From a virus (lineage: Duplodnaviria > Caudoviricetes): a DNA stretch of 64,000 nt. Location: IMG/VR virus record IMGVR_UViG_3300033463_000023, positions 32,001-96,000 of that record. The stretch is one strand, 5' to 3'. Of the stretch, positions 9,944 to 18,390 are shown one piece after another. Both the position numbers and the translations under genes were made by a program. How positions within the stretch are numbered: the first letter of the stretch is position 1; each line of letters opens with the position of its first letter. The notes under the pieces are model-generated. The model ran no database searches and was not told the origin of the DNA. It saw only the letters and a list, made by a program, of their open reading frames with translations.

Positions 9944-10249
9944 GTGAAGATTATGGAAGCATGGAAAATCAGAAGAGCGAGGAAGAAACTCACTAAGTGG
10001 AATGACTACATTGTCAGCGAGTCGTCGTATGTGTTTGGTGCTCCATACAAACAGATGGGCGGTCGGACGTTCAAAGCCGAGTGTGCAGAGTCGGCTATCC
10101 GTCGTGCTCTGAGACATTGGGAGCGTCAATATCATCGCTTTCACGACAGAGGTGCGTCCGACTTGTGCAACCTATCGCCTACCACTCGACGATTTGGACG
10201 ATTCGAGGCTGTCAACGTTCAAAAGAACTTCGCTTATTATTTCAGATAA
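9944..10249 (+). CDS. hypothetical protein
   Basis: ORF in the operon; start probably 9953. Confidence 0.55.
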   Translation: MKIMEAWKIRRARKKLTKWNDYIVSESSYVFGAPYKQMGGRTFKAECAESAIRRALRHWERQYHRFHDRGASDLCNLSPTTRRFGRFEAVNVQKNFAYYFR

Positions 10250-10260
10250 ACAAAGGCGAT

Positions 10261-11025
10261 ATGGAAAACAAAGAAGAAAAGAAGATTGACAGATGCAAAT
10301 ATGCGCATCATCATTTCAACGGCGACATTTCTTGCATAGAGGCAGGAATGGCAGACGACAAGGCTGTGACGACCAACGAAGCCAAGTGTGAGACCTGCGA
10401 GAAGTACAAGTCGCGCTACATCGAATTTCCGCTGACGATTGACAAAATCGACGTGGAGCCGATAAAGACGGACAGCTTGAATGCCAAGACTGGCGACTTT
10501 GTGGCCGTGCGTCCATGTGGCGAGGAATACGGTGGCAAGACTTATCTCGGTATTTTCATCGGCGACCTGCCGATACAAAGTCTGGTGTCTTTCTACGAAA
10601 AGACAAGGACGCTGCGTGTCTCGACGATGGGCAATCCTGCAATGCTTGTGCCACAGTTGAACAAGATTATCTACGGATGCGGTTCATGGTGGCACAAGAT
10701 CAAGAGCGAGAAAGACCTGCGCGAGATAACCGACGGCGATATCAACGACACGTGGTATGTGAAGATGGCACACCAGATGATGCAGCAGCGCAGGAAGTCG
10801 AGCATTGAACTGAAAGAGGGCGACCGATTCCAGCAGGCATGGAAAGGATGCAAGGAGCCGATGTGGTTCAAGGTGCTCAATATCGACCGTCCGAACAACA
10901 GCCTGCGCGTGGAGTGTCACAGTATTAGCGGAGACATGCACGAAGAGGAATGGGACGAACTCGACGTTACAGAGTCGGCCTTTGATGTTGGCGAATATAA
11001 AATGATAGAAGATATGGAGGACTGA
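10261..11025 (+). CDS. hypothetical protein
   Basis: ATG at 10261 within ORF 10081..11025. Confidence 0.75.
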   Translation: MENKEEKKIDRCKYAHHHFNGDISCIEAGMADDKAVTTNEAKCETCEKYKSRYIEFPLTIDKIDVEPIKTDSLNAKTGDFVAVRPCGEEYGGKTYLGIFIGDLPIQSLVSFYEKTRTLRVSTMGNPAMLVPQLNKIIYGCGSWWHKIKSEKDLREITDGDINDTWYVKMAHQMMQQRRKSSIELKEGDRFQQAWKGCKEPMWFKVLNIDRPNNSLRVECHSISGDMHEEEWDELDVTESAFDVGEYKMIEDMED

Positions 11026-11029
11026 CACG

Positions 11030-11380
11030 ATGATGACCCATGACGAAATCTCACGCTTCTTCAGCGAGGAAGACGTAAATAGGGCGTTCCAGTTTCCCGA
11101 TTGGCATGCGGGAACGGAAATAGTGTGCTACTGCCGCTCTACCGACAGCCGCGATACCATTGAGCAGATAGCCCAGCGAGGCGGGTGGAAGATTGTGAAG
11201 TACGTCCACATCGACGAACTGCCGATAGCCCAGCTCTACAAGCCAGGGCAGGCGGTGTTCGCCAAGCGCGAGGCGTTGGAGTGGAAGAAAGATCCAACGA
11301 TGCCGAGTTACGAAGAATGGCGCAATCAGATGCTTGGCGGCCTGCGCCCGTCGGACTGGGATAGATTCATAGTAAGATAA
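11030..11380 (+). CDS. hypothetical protein
   Basis: Operon spacing. Confidence 0.7.
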   Translation: MMTHDEISRFFSEEDVNRAFQFPDWHAGTEIVCYCRSTDSRDTIEQIAQRGGWKIVKYVHIDELPIAQLYKPGQAVFAKREALEWKKDPTMPSYEEWRNQMLGGLRPSDWDRFIVR

Positions 11381-11397
11381 TTAAAAGGAATACGATT

Positions 11398-12030
11398 ATG
11401 AAAGAAGCAAAAGAAATGATGATCAAGTTGCCGATGGTTACGGCAACATCGTATGAAGAACTGAACAAGGCGAGAACCTACCCTCAGTCGGGGCGGTACA
11501 TCGTGAAGATGGACAACGGCGATATCATGGTGGCCGACGTGACGCTACGACCCGTCGAGCAGGGTGAGGCACGTACAATCGACGAGGGCACACAATCGAC
11601 CTGCACCTGCTTTGTCGGTCAGCCCGTAGTGCTCGACCCCGACGAGTGGACATTGGCTATCGACCTGGAGAATGCGAGGCTGGCATACGAGGCAGACCGC
11701 AAGCGGATGGAGGAACAGATGCGGGAAGCCAACGAACGCCACGAGGCTGAGATGGCGGAGCAGAAAGAGAAATGTGAAGCTGTCTGCCGCGAGACAGAGG
11801 AAAACTGCAAGAAGCTGATTGAAGAGAAGGAGAAGGAACTGTCGGCTCACGCAGAGGAAAACGACCGCACACTGGCCATGCGCCGCATGGAACTGGAGCA
11901 GGAGTACGAGAAGAAGATAATGAAACTCGAACTCGACACACCTAAACGCTTTGCACAGGGCGAGTGGGTCAGCGGCAAAACACTGACGGAAATCATCAGG
12001 ACGCTGACAGCAGGAAAGAAGGAGGACTGA
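11398..12030 (+). CDS. hypothetical coiled-coil protein
   Basis: E/K-rich C-terminal half. Confidence 0.75.
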   Translation: MKEAKEMMIKLPMVTATSYEELNKARTYPQSGRYIVKMDNGDIMVADVTLRPVEQGEARTIDEGTQSTCTCFVGQPVVLDPDEWTLAIDLENARLAYEADRKRMEEQMREANERHEAEMAEQKEKCEAVCRETEENCKKLIEEKEKELSAHAEENDRTLAMRRMELEQEYEKKIMKLELDTPKRFAQGEWVSGKTLTEIIRTLTAGKKED

Positions 12031-12059
12031 ACACGAATTATCACGAATTGACACGAATT

Positions 12060-12617
12060 ATGGAAGACGAAGTAGCAAAATGTGTAGCAGAAGGCATTGC
12101 AGATAGAATGCTGGATGCTCTCGAAAAGAAGGTAAAAAGACAAATTGGCGATGCCAGTGAAGACGAGATACCTGCAGGACTTGGCAAGTTATATTTTTGT
12201 CTCGTTGAAGACTTGAAGGATAATCCCGATGCACAGCCAATCCCGCTCGGCGAGGCTGTGAGCATCAAGCCTGGAATGCTGACCTGCAAGGATGATGACG
12301 ATGCAAGGCTGGGTTATAGCGCAAAGGGTTTCAGCACCACGTTCACGGGAACGATGGAAGAGCCAAGTGACGAATTGATGGCGCTGCTGAAAAAGCCGTT
12401 GAAGTGTGATGTGAAGTTACAGCGTCAACTGGGACGTATGCCACGCAAGATGAAGAAGGCGCACCGCTCGGACTATCCACGTAACACCAAGTGGAAGCGG
12501 AAGGTGGCCAACTATCTGCGCCGCATGACAATCTATCTTCGCAATGGAGAGTTGGTTGTCACCGAAGAGCAGCTCAATCGTCTGTCGGCAACGATATGCG
12601 GTTCAAAGGTGCAGTAA
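12060..12617 (+). CDS. hypothetical protein
   Basis: ATG at 12060 directly after the cacgaatt repeats. Confidence 0.7.
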   Translation: MEDEVAKCVAEGIADRMLDALEKKVKRQIGDASEDEIPAGLGKLYFCLVEDLKDNPDAQPIPLGEAVSIKPGMLTCKDDDDARLGYSAKGFSTTFTGTMEEPSDELMALLKKPLKCDVKLQRQLGRMPRKMKKAHRSDYPRNTKWKRKVANYLRRMTIYLRNGELVVTEEQLNRLSATICGSKVQ

Positions 12618-12679
12618 TTCGTGCAATCCGTGCCATCCGTGGTCAAGAAAAAATAATTAGTGATTAAAAACATGGCGAT

Positions 12680-13444
12680 ATGAAAGAAGTAACATTGTAT
12701 GGCGGCACGATTGACAGCTGCCTGAAGGATTTAAGGGAAATGGCCGCTTCCGACGAGAGCGGCGAGGTGTTGAAGGCTGTGTTCAACGACAAGTATCTGC
12801 TTTCGACCGATACCGACGATGACGCCTATCTGCGCATCACGGGCATGACGAAGGCCGAACACGACGAGTACGTGAGGAAGTGGCAGGAGGACTACGAGGC
12901 CAAGCGGAAGGCGCACGAGGCACGCATCCCCGAGCTGACGGAACACTACCGCAAGGTGGCTCGCGGCGTGATCATCGAGAGCGAACTGGAGTATTGGGAC
13001 GAGATAGTGCCTATCCGTCTCGGCGACCTCTACCGTGGCATGGAGCTTGACCAGGTGCTCGACTGTGCCAGGGTGATGCGCGACGAGACGCTGAGCCGCA
13101 TAGAGCGACTGCGCAAGGCTTACAAGATTTTCAACGATGCAGGTCACAGCGGCATGTCGGCAGGGCTGACGATGGCGATGCTGCGCCGCTTCTGTCCCGA
13201 CGGCAACGAGCTGGCCGATGCCTGCAACGAGTTCCGCTACGAACCCGACCACAAGACGAAGCTGTACGTCAGCCGCGACGGTGACGGCAAGCTGCTCCTG
13301 CACTTTGCCTATCCGCATTGGGGCGACAACCACGATTTCCGCAGCCCGAACCAAGTGGAGCTGAACCCGCTGCTGTTTCCCGAAGTGAAGCCCGGCAGCA
13401 GGGTGGAGTACATCGCAGGCGAAGTGTTTGACACAATCAGATAA
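12680..13444 (+). CDS. hypothetical phage protein (GHSGMS motif)
   Basis: 254 aa ORF with RLGDLYRGMEL and GHSGMS motifs. Confidence 0.75.
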   Translation: MKEVTLYGGTIDSCLKDLREMAASDESGEVLKAVFNDKYLLSTDTDDDAYLRITGMTKAEHDEYVRKWQEDYEAKRKAHEARIPELTEHYRKVARGVIIESELEYWDEIVPIRLGDLYRGMELDQVLDCARVMRDETLSRIERLRKAYKIFNDAGHSGMSAGLTMAMLRRFCPDGNELADACNEFRYEPDHKTKLYVSRDGDGKLLLHFAYPHWGDNHDFRSPNQVELNPLLFPEVKPGSRVEYIAGEVFDTIR

Positions 13445-13498
13445 GGAGGACTGACCACGAATTAAACGAATTATTCACTTAACAAACATTTTGGCGAT

Positions 13499-14905
13499 AT
13501 GAAAGAAAGAGTCATTGAAATCAGTCCTGACGAGAGGGTGTACGCCATCGTCGTCAGGTACCAGGACCGGGACGGTGCCGAGCAGGAGCAGGCGATAGAG
13601 GTAGCCGGCATCAGGCCCATCGACCTCGGCAGCCTGAAGTTCCGCGTCGGCCTCGTGTCCGACCTCCACTTCGACATTGAGGACGCGCACAACTCCGAGT
13701 ACGCGTCGGACCTCGTCAACGCCGTCGGCTACTTCCGGGAGCGCGGCGTGGACTTCATCCTGTGCCCGGGCGACCTCTGCGAGTACAGCGACGGCGACCT
13801 GAAGGCGTTCAACGAGGTGTACAACGCCCACGCGTGGGCGAAGACGGACTGCCAGCTGCGCTTCTTCGCCGCCGTCGGCAACCACGACTACCTGCGCCTG
13901 TTCAAGAAGGGCCAGGACCTGGAGGCCCTGTCCCAGCAGTTCCGGCCGTTCACCGGCGAGGACGCCTTCGCCAAGTACGGCTATGCGGAGAAGACCGACT
14001 ACCTGCAGTTCTTCGAGTATGACGGGGCCTGGGACAGGCAGTACGTCAGGAAGGAGAACCGTACGGTGAAGAGCAAGCTGTCGTACTGGTTCCGCCACAA
14101 GGGCATGATCTTCGTCACCCTCGCCGTCGACTACGGCGACGACACCGGCGAGGTATGGGACGAGCTGGCGCGGGGCTACCACCTTCTCGACCACGGCAAC
14201 AGGTACGTCAAGCAGATGGTGGAGTACGTGCAGGACACGAACTACGCCCGCGAGGACGGCTCCCTGGACTTCCAGTTCTACAACCCGAACGCCCTGGTGT
14301 GGCTGAAGGACATCCTCGAGAACACCAGGGGCACGAGGAAGGTGCTGAACATGCACCACTTCCTCCCCCACAAGGCCGGCGACTCCGACGGCGCCTGCTC
14401 GCGCCTCAGGGTCTGGCCGTACTCGGAATCCAAGGCCGTCCGGCAGAGGTACTACTACGGCAGCAACACCCCGTGCGGCCTGACCTTCTGGTACCTCGAC
14501 AAGCTGACCAACGAGTTCGCCGACGACCTGATCGTCGTCCACGGCCACTCGCACCGCGTGTGGAACGACGTGACTTCGTTCTGCAACAAGGACTACGTCG
14601 TCCGCAAGCCCACTGGCGGCGAGGTGACTCCTTTGGTGGACAACCTCGACTCGCTGAAGGGCACGCAGTACGACTACCGCCTGTACCAGCGGGAGTCTGA
14701 CACCCCCTGCGGCGGCTCCGCGTGGACCATCGGCCTGCCGTCGCTGTCCAAGCCCGTCGACATGGACGGGAGGGTGCTCTACGGCGCCTCCGAGGGCGGC
14801 GTGATGAACGTCTACGAGAACGGCATAGAGATAGAGTGCGTCCGCTTCAAGGAGGAGGGCTCCGCCGCGTATGCCAACGAGACCGTCAAGACCGTGGTGC
14901 TATGA
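13499..14905 (+). CDS. calcineurin-like metallophosphoesterase
   Basis: SDLH, GD, GNHD, HH and GHSH motifs in canonical order. Confidence 0.88.
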   Translation: MKERVIEISPDERVYAIVVRYQDRDGAEQEQAIEVAGIRPIDLGSLKFRVGLVSDLHFDIEDAHNSEYASDLVNAVGYFRERGVDFILCPGDLCEYSDGDLKAFNEVYNAHAWAKTDCQLRFFAAVGNHDYLRLFKKGQDLEALSQQFRPFTGEDAFAKYGYAEKTDYLQFFEYDGAWDRQYVRKENRTVKSKLSYWFRHKGMIFVTLAVDYGDDTGEVWDELARGYHLLDHGNRYVKQMVEYVQDTNYAREDGSLDFQFYNPNALVWLKDILENTRGTRKVLNMHHFLPHKAGDSDGACSRLRVWPYSESKAVRQRYYYGSNTPCGLTFWYLDKLTNEFADDLIVVHGHSHRVWNDVTSFCNKDYVVRKPTGGEVTPLVDNLDSLKGTQYDYRLYQRESDTPCGGSAWTIGLPSLSKPVDMDGRVLYGASEGGVMNVYENGIEIECVRFKEEGSAAYANETVKTVVL

Positions 14906-15204
14906 GGCAGGGACGGACGAAGACCTGCGGGACCCCGTCGTTCCAGGAGTTCTGGGACGCCTACGGCCTGAAGCGCGACCGCATCGCCGCCGAGCGGGCG
15001 TGGAACCGCCTGTCGGCAGGGGACAGGCGTGCCGCCGTCGCCGGCATCGCCGCCTACCGCGGGGACTGCCTGCGACGCGGCGTCTCGATGATGTACGGCC
15101 AGGGCTACCTGAGCCACCGCCGCTGGGAGGACGAGCCGGAGGCGCCGGCCGCCGCCCCGGCGCGCCAGGCCCCCGGCGACCTCGACGGCATGGAGATATG
15201 GTAA
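14902..15204 (+). CDS. small protein resembling a phage replication-initiator C-terminal domain
   Basis: FQEFWDAY..K....AERAWNRL...YL..RRWEDE pattern; ATGA overlap. Confidence 0.55.
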   Translation: MRQGRTKTCGTPSFQEFWDAYGLKRDRIAAERAWNRLSAGDRRAAVAGIAAYRGDCLRRGVSMMYGQGYLSHRRWEDEPEAPAAAPARQAPGDLDGMEIW

Positions 15205-15224
15205 CACGAAAAAGAAACTACAGT

Positions 15225-15635
15225 ATGAAGGCAAGAGTTAAGAACCTGCAGCCGTGGATGGACTACTTCATGATGCTGCAGCGGTACGAGAGGGACGGCT
15301 TCCTGCAGACGGAGGCCGAGAAGCACGAGGCCTACCTCACCAGGGCGGCGCTCTGCACGCTGGCGGAGGGCGGGAAGGAAGCCGCGGCGCCGGCCGACAT
15401 GGACTACGTGGCCATGCTGTCGCGTGGCACGCCGAGGGTGCTGCGCTGCATACGCACCTACGCCGCGTGGCTCAGCCGCGAGGGGAGGGACTACCTGTCC
15501 CGTCCCTTCGCCCTGCACGTGGTGCACGAGGACGGCCCGCACGACCTGCTATACACGATCGTCCTCACCGGCCGCCGGCGGTGGTGGATGCCCTGGACGT
15601 GGCACGACAGCATGGAGGTGATCGTCTATGACTGA
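15225..15635 (+). CDS. hypothetical protein
   Basis: ATG after an A-rich leader within ORF 14871..15635. Confidence 0.7.
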   Translation: MKARVKNLQPWMDYFMMLQRYERDGFLQTEAEKHEAYLTRAALCTLAEGGKEAAAPADMDYVAMLSRGTPRVLRCIRTYAAWLSREGRDYLSRPFALHVVHEDGPHDLLYTIVLTGRRRWWMPWTWHDSMEVIVYD

Positions 15636-15987
15636 GCGCAACGCCAACATCGTCCCGGAGCCCGGGGAGGGGCCGTTCTTCCGCGTGGCCCGCAACATGG
15701 ACCGAGCGCCGCTGCGCGACCACCTGTGGTGGGGCTACGAGGAGAAGTCCGACTTCCGCCTGGCCCTCCGCGGCCTGCTCGACCGCTGGCGCTGCCGCGT
15801 CGGCGAGTGCGTCGGCGAGCGCCACGGCCTCCGCCTCCTGCGCTTCCACGACACCCCCGGCGGCAGGCCAGACGAGGCGTGGCTGCCGGAGTTCCTCCTG
15901 GAGCCGGCCCCCAGGCCCGACTACTTTGACGTCCCGGCGCCGGACCCCGCCCGGCGGGAGCTCGAGGAGGCCTTCGGCTTCGACTGA
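15628..15987 (+). CDS. hypothetical protein
   Basis: Overlaps the upstream stop; last gene of the plus-strand block. Confidence 0.7.
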   Translation: MTERNANIVPEPGEGPFFRVARNMDRAPLRDHLWWGYEEKSDFRLALRGLLDRWRCRVGECVGERHGLRLLRFHDTPGGRPDEAWLPEFLLEPAPRPDYFDVPAPDPARRELEEAFGFD

Positions 15988-16014
15988 GGCCTCCCGCGCC
16001 GGCTTCCGCAAAGG

Positions 16015-16046
16015 GGGGGCCGCTATCCTCACGGACGGCGGCCCCC
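16015..16046. terminator. GC-rich hairpin between convergent operons
   Basis: GGGGGCCGCTATC-CTCACG-GACGGCGGCCCCC imperfect inverted repeat. Confidence 0.55.
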
Positions 16047-16116
16047 AAGACCAAATAACCTTGAATAACTAAAAACTAAATATGCAATAAGCCTAACATG
16101 AAAAGCATTAATCCTT

Positions 16117-16671
16117 CTATTCCTCCTCCGGCCCGGGCAGCCCGTGCCCCTTCCTGCCGAGATCCTCGACGGCCTCGCCGATCTCGCCGCTCTTCACCTT
16201 TATGAGCCGCCCGATGAACCTCACCGTCGCCCGCCAGGCGTCGGCGGTGCTGACCTCGATGCCCATGTGCACGTACATCACGTGGCCGACTATCGACGCT
16301 ATCTCGCAGCCGCAGCCTATGCCCAGGCCGATGGCCGCCGTCCAGACGTGCGTGCAGACGCCCGTGGGCTCGGTGATGGCCAGCCCTATCAGCGCCCCCA
16401 CGACGAGGTACGTCATGTAGTCCACGAACTTGTTCGCCGTCCGCCTCACGGCGCGGCTCTTGTGCCACTTGAACTTGTCCTTCAGCGTCTCGTTGCCGAT
16501 CTCCCCGGCGTGCTCGTAGTGCTTCCTGGCGGAGCGGTATCCCCACCAGAGGTCGGCCAGTATCAGCGCCAGCGAGCAGATGATCATGTACCTGAGGTCG
16601 AAGACCACCGCCAGCAGCTCGCCGCCGATGCTTCCCCACAGCACCCCCTTGGGGCCGATTGAGCTATCCAT
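16117..16671 (-). CDS. phage holin (holin family 4-like)
   Basis: Transmembrane segments with LILADLWWG...SRAVRRTANKFVDY...EIASI pattern. Confidence 0.75.
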   Translation of the reverse strand: MDSSIGPKGVLWGSIGGELLAVVFDLRYMIICSLALILADLWWGYRSARKHYEHAGEIGNETLKDKFKWHKSRAVRRTANKFVDYMTYLVVGALIGLAITEPTGVCTHVWTAAIGLGIGCGCEIASIVGHVMYVHMGIEVSTADAWRATVRFIGRLIKVKSGEIGEAVEDLGRKGHGLPGPEEE

Positions 16672-17221
16672 TCCGCAGTAACAGTTTTGTCATTATGCCT
16701 ATGAGGAGGGTGGCGTAGCAGAGCACCTCCGCCACGAGCACGCCCTTTCCCCAGAATATCCTCGGTATGTCGCCCTCGGCGACGTCCCACATGAAGAACG
16801 CCATGAACGCCGCCGGCCACGCCAGCAGCAGCCACGGCGAGAGCACCGCCACGCACGCCTGGGAGAACACCCCGGCGGCGACGATCAGCGCGCGGTGGCC
16901 GTTTGTCATGTCGCGGAACACCAGCGGCATGAGCGTTATCAGCAGCATGCACGTGGCGAAGGCGTGGGGCACGGCCTCCAGGCGGTCCGGCACCGCCTCG
17001 AACAGCGCCGGCGTCATCGTGTACACGCACACCCACATCCACAGCGTCCAGAGGTACCGCTGCCTCCTTGGCAGGCGGTAGGCCATCGCCGAGACGCTGC
17101 GGGGCAGCTCGCCGCGCCGGCACAGGTTGTGCCCGATCATCAGCACCACGGCGAACGCCGATATCATCGCAAGCATCGTCATATCCTTCAGTCCCTTAAT
17201 TGTTCGTTGTTCATTGTTCAT
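16664..17221 (-). CDS. multi-pass membrane protein
   Basis: Several hydrophobic helices; overlaps the holin start; true start may be near 17182. Confidence 0.65.
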   Translation of the reverse strand: MNNEQRTIKGLKDMTMLAMISAFAVVLMIGHNLCRRGELPRSVSAMAYRLPRRQRYLWTLWMWVCVYTMTPALFEAVPDRLEAVPHAFATCMLLITLMPLVFRDMTNGHRALIVAAGVFSQACVAVLSPWLLLAWPAAFMAFFMWDVAEGDIPRIFWGKGVLVAEVLCYATLLIGIMTKLLLRNG

Positions 17222-17233
17222 TCTCCACTCTCC

Positions 17234-18346
17234 TCATCCCTCCAGCGCCAGCGTCACGGTGAACTCCACGCTGGCGTACTGCTGCTTCGACAGGTCGTAG
17301 ACGGTCTGGCTCTTCTTCGCCGGCGCGACGGTGACGGGCACGTAGTCCGCCGCGTCCATGCCCGGGCCCTGCCAGAGCATCCACCAGCGGCGCGCCATGA
17401 GGAACTCGTGCGTCCACCAGTCCGCCCACTCGCGCGTCTGGTACCCGCTGGACATCTGCCAGGAGCGCCTGCCGCCGGAGGCCACGGCCGTCAGCGACCG
17501 CGACGGGGTGAACGACGGGCGCTCCACGCGGCCGTACTGCTTCGTCTCCACCTCCACCGCCATCGCCTCCTTCGCCTGGCCGCTGCACGTCTCCACGGCG
17601 CCGCGGCGGTTCACGAAGAGGAAGTCCGCGTAGGGCTGGCTGTCGCGCAGCACTATCGGGGCGTGCGCCGACGGGCCGTCCTCCGCGGGCGTCGCGTCCG
17701 CGGGGAAGAACACGCTCCGCGTGCCCTGCGGGTTCACGTCCACCCACGACGTCCTGCTCGTGCTGCCCACGCGCTCCGGCGTGGAGACGGGCTTCGTCGA
17801 GGCGTCGCCGTTGCGGGGGTTCGAGCCCTCCCAGTACGACACGTCGGCGTCGCTCCTGTCCTCTATAAGGCTCCTCTCCCACTCCGTCAGCCCGCCGAGG
17901 CAGCACCGGCCGCCCTCTATCTCCGGGCTGTCCGTGCGCTCGAACACGCCGTCGGCGGCGATGTACTCCGTGTGCACGAAGAGCGAGTAGCTGCGGTAGC
18001 CGCGCTGCTCCTCGCCGGAGCTCGACGCGCCGGCGGCGGCGACCTCGCGGGAGAACCCGTAGTCCGCCCACATCGCCCTGAGGGCGGAGCTGATGTTGAA
18101 GTCGATGCTCCCCTGCCCGCCCGTGTCGGCGTGGAAGTCGCCCACCTTCGTCCTGTTCACGCTGCCGCCGCCGACCTCCTCCAGGTAGACGACGTCCACG
18201 CGGACGATGTTGAACGGCGACGTGGGCTTCCCGCCCGCGTCCGTGGGCCACTCGAGCCCGGACACCGTGATCACGACGGGCGAGTCGGCGAAGTACGTCT
18301 TCCCGCCTCCGAACATCCCTGATACCGTTACCGTGTTTTCAGCCAT
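17234..18346 (-). CDS. putative tail/structural protein
   Basis: 370 aa, beta-rich; FLFVNRRGAVET motif; in the late operon. Confidence 0.65.
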   Translation of the reverse strand: MAENTVTVSGMFGGGKTYFADSPVVITVSGLEWPTDAGGKPTSPFNIVRVDVVYLEEVGGGSVNRTKVGDFHADTGGQGSIDFNISSALRAMWADYGFSREVAAAGASSSGEEQRGYRSYSLFVHTEYIAADGVFERTDSPEIEGGRCCLGGLTEWERSLIEDRSDADVSYWEGSNPRNGDASTKPVSTPERVGSTSRTSWVDVNPQGTRSVFFPADATPAEDGPSAHAPIVLRDSQPYADFLFVNRRGAVETCSGQAKEAMAVEVETKQYGRVERPSFTPSRSLTAVASGGRRSWQMSSGYQTREWADWWTHEFLMARRWWMLWQGPGMDAADYVPVTVAPAKKSQTVYDLSKQQYASVEFTVTLALEG

Positions 18347-18390
18347 ACCCTCTGTCCGTTATTCATTGTCCATTGTTCATTCTTCATTCC

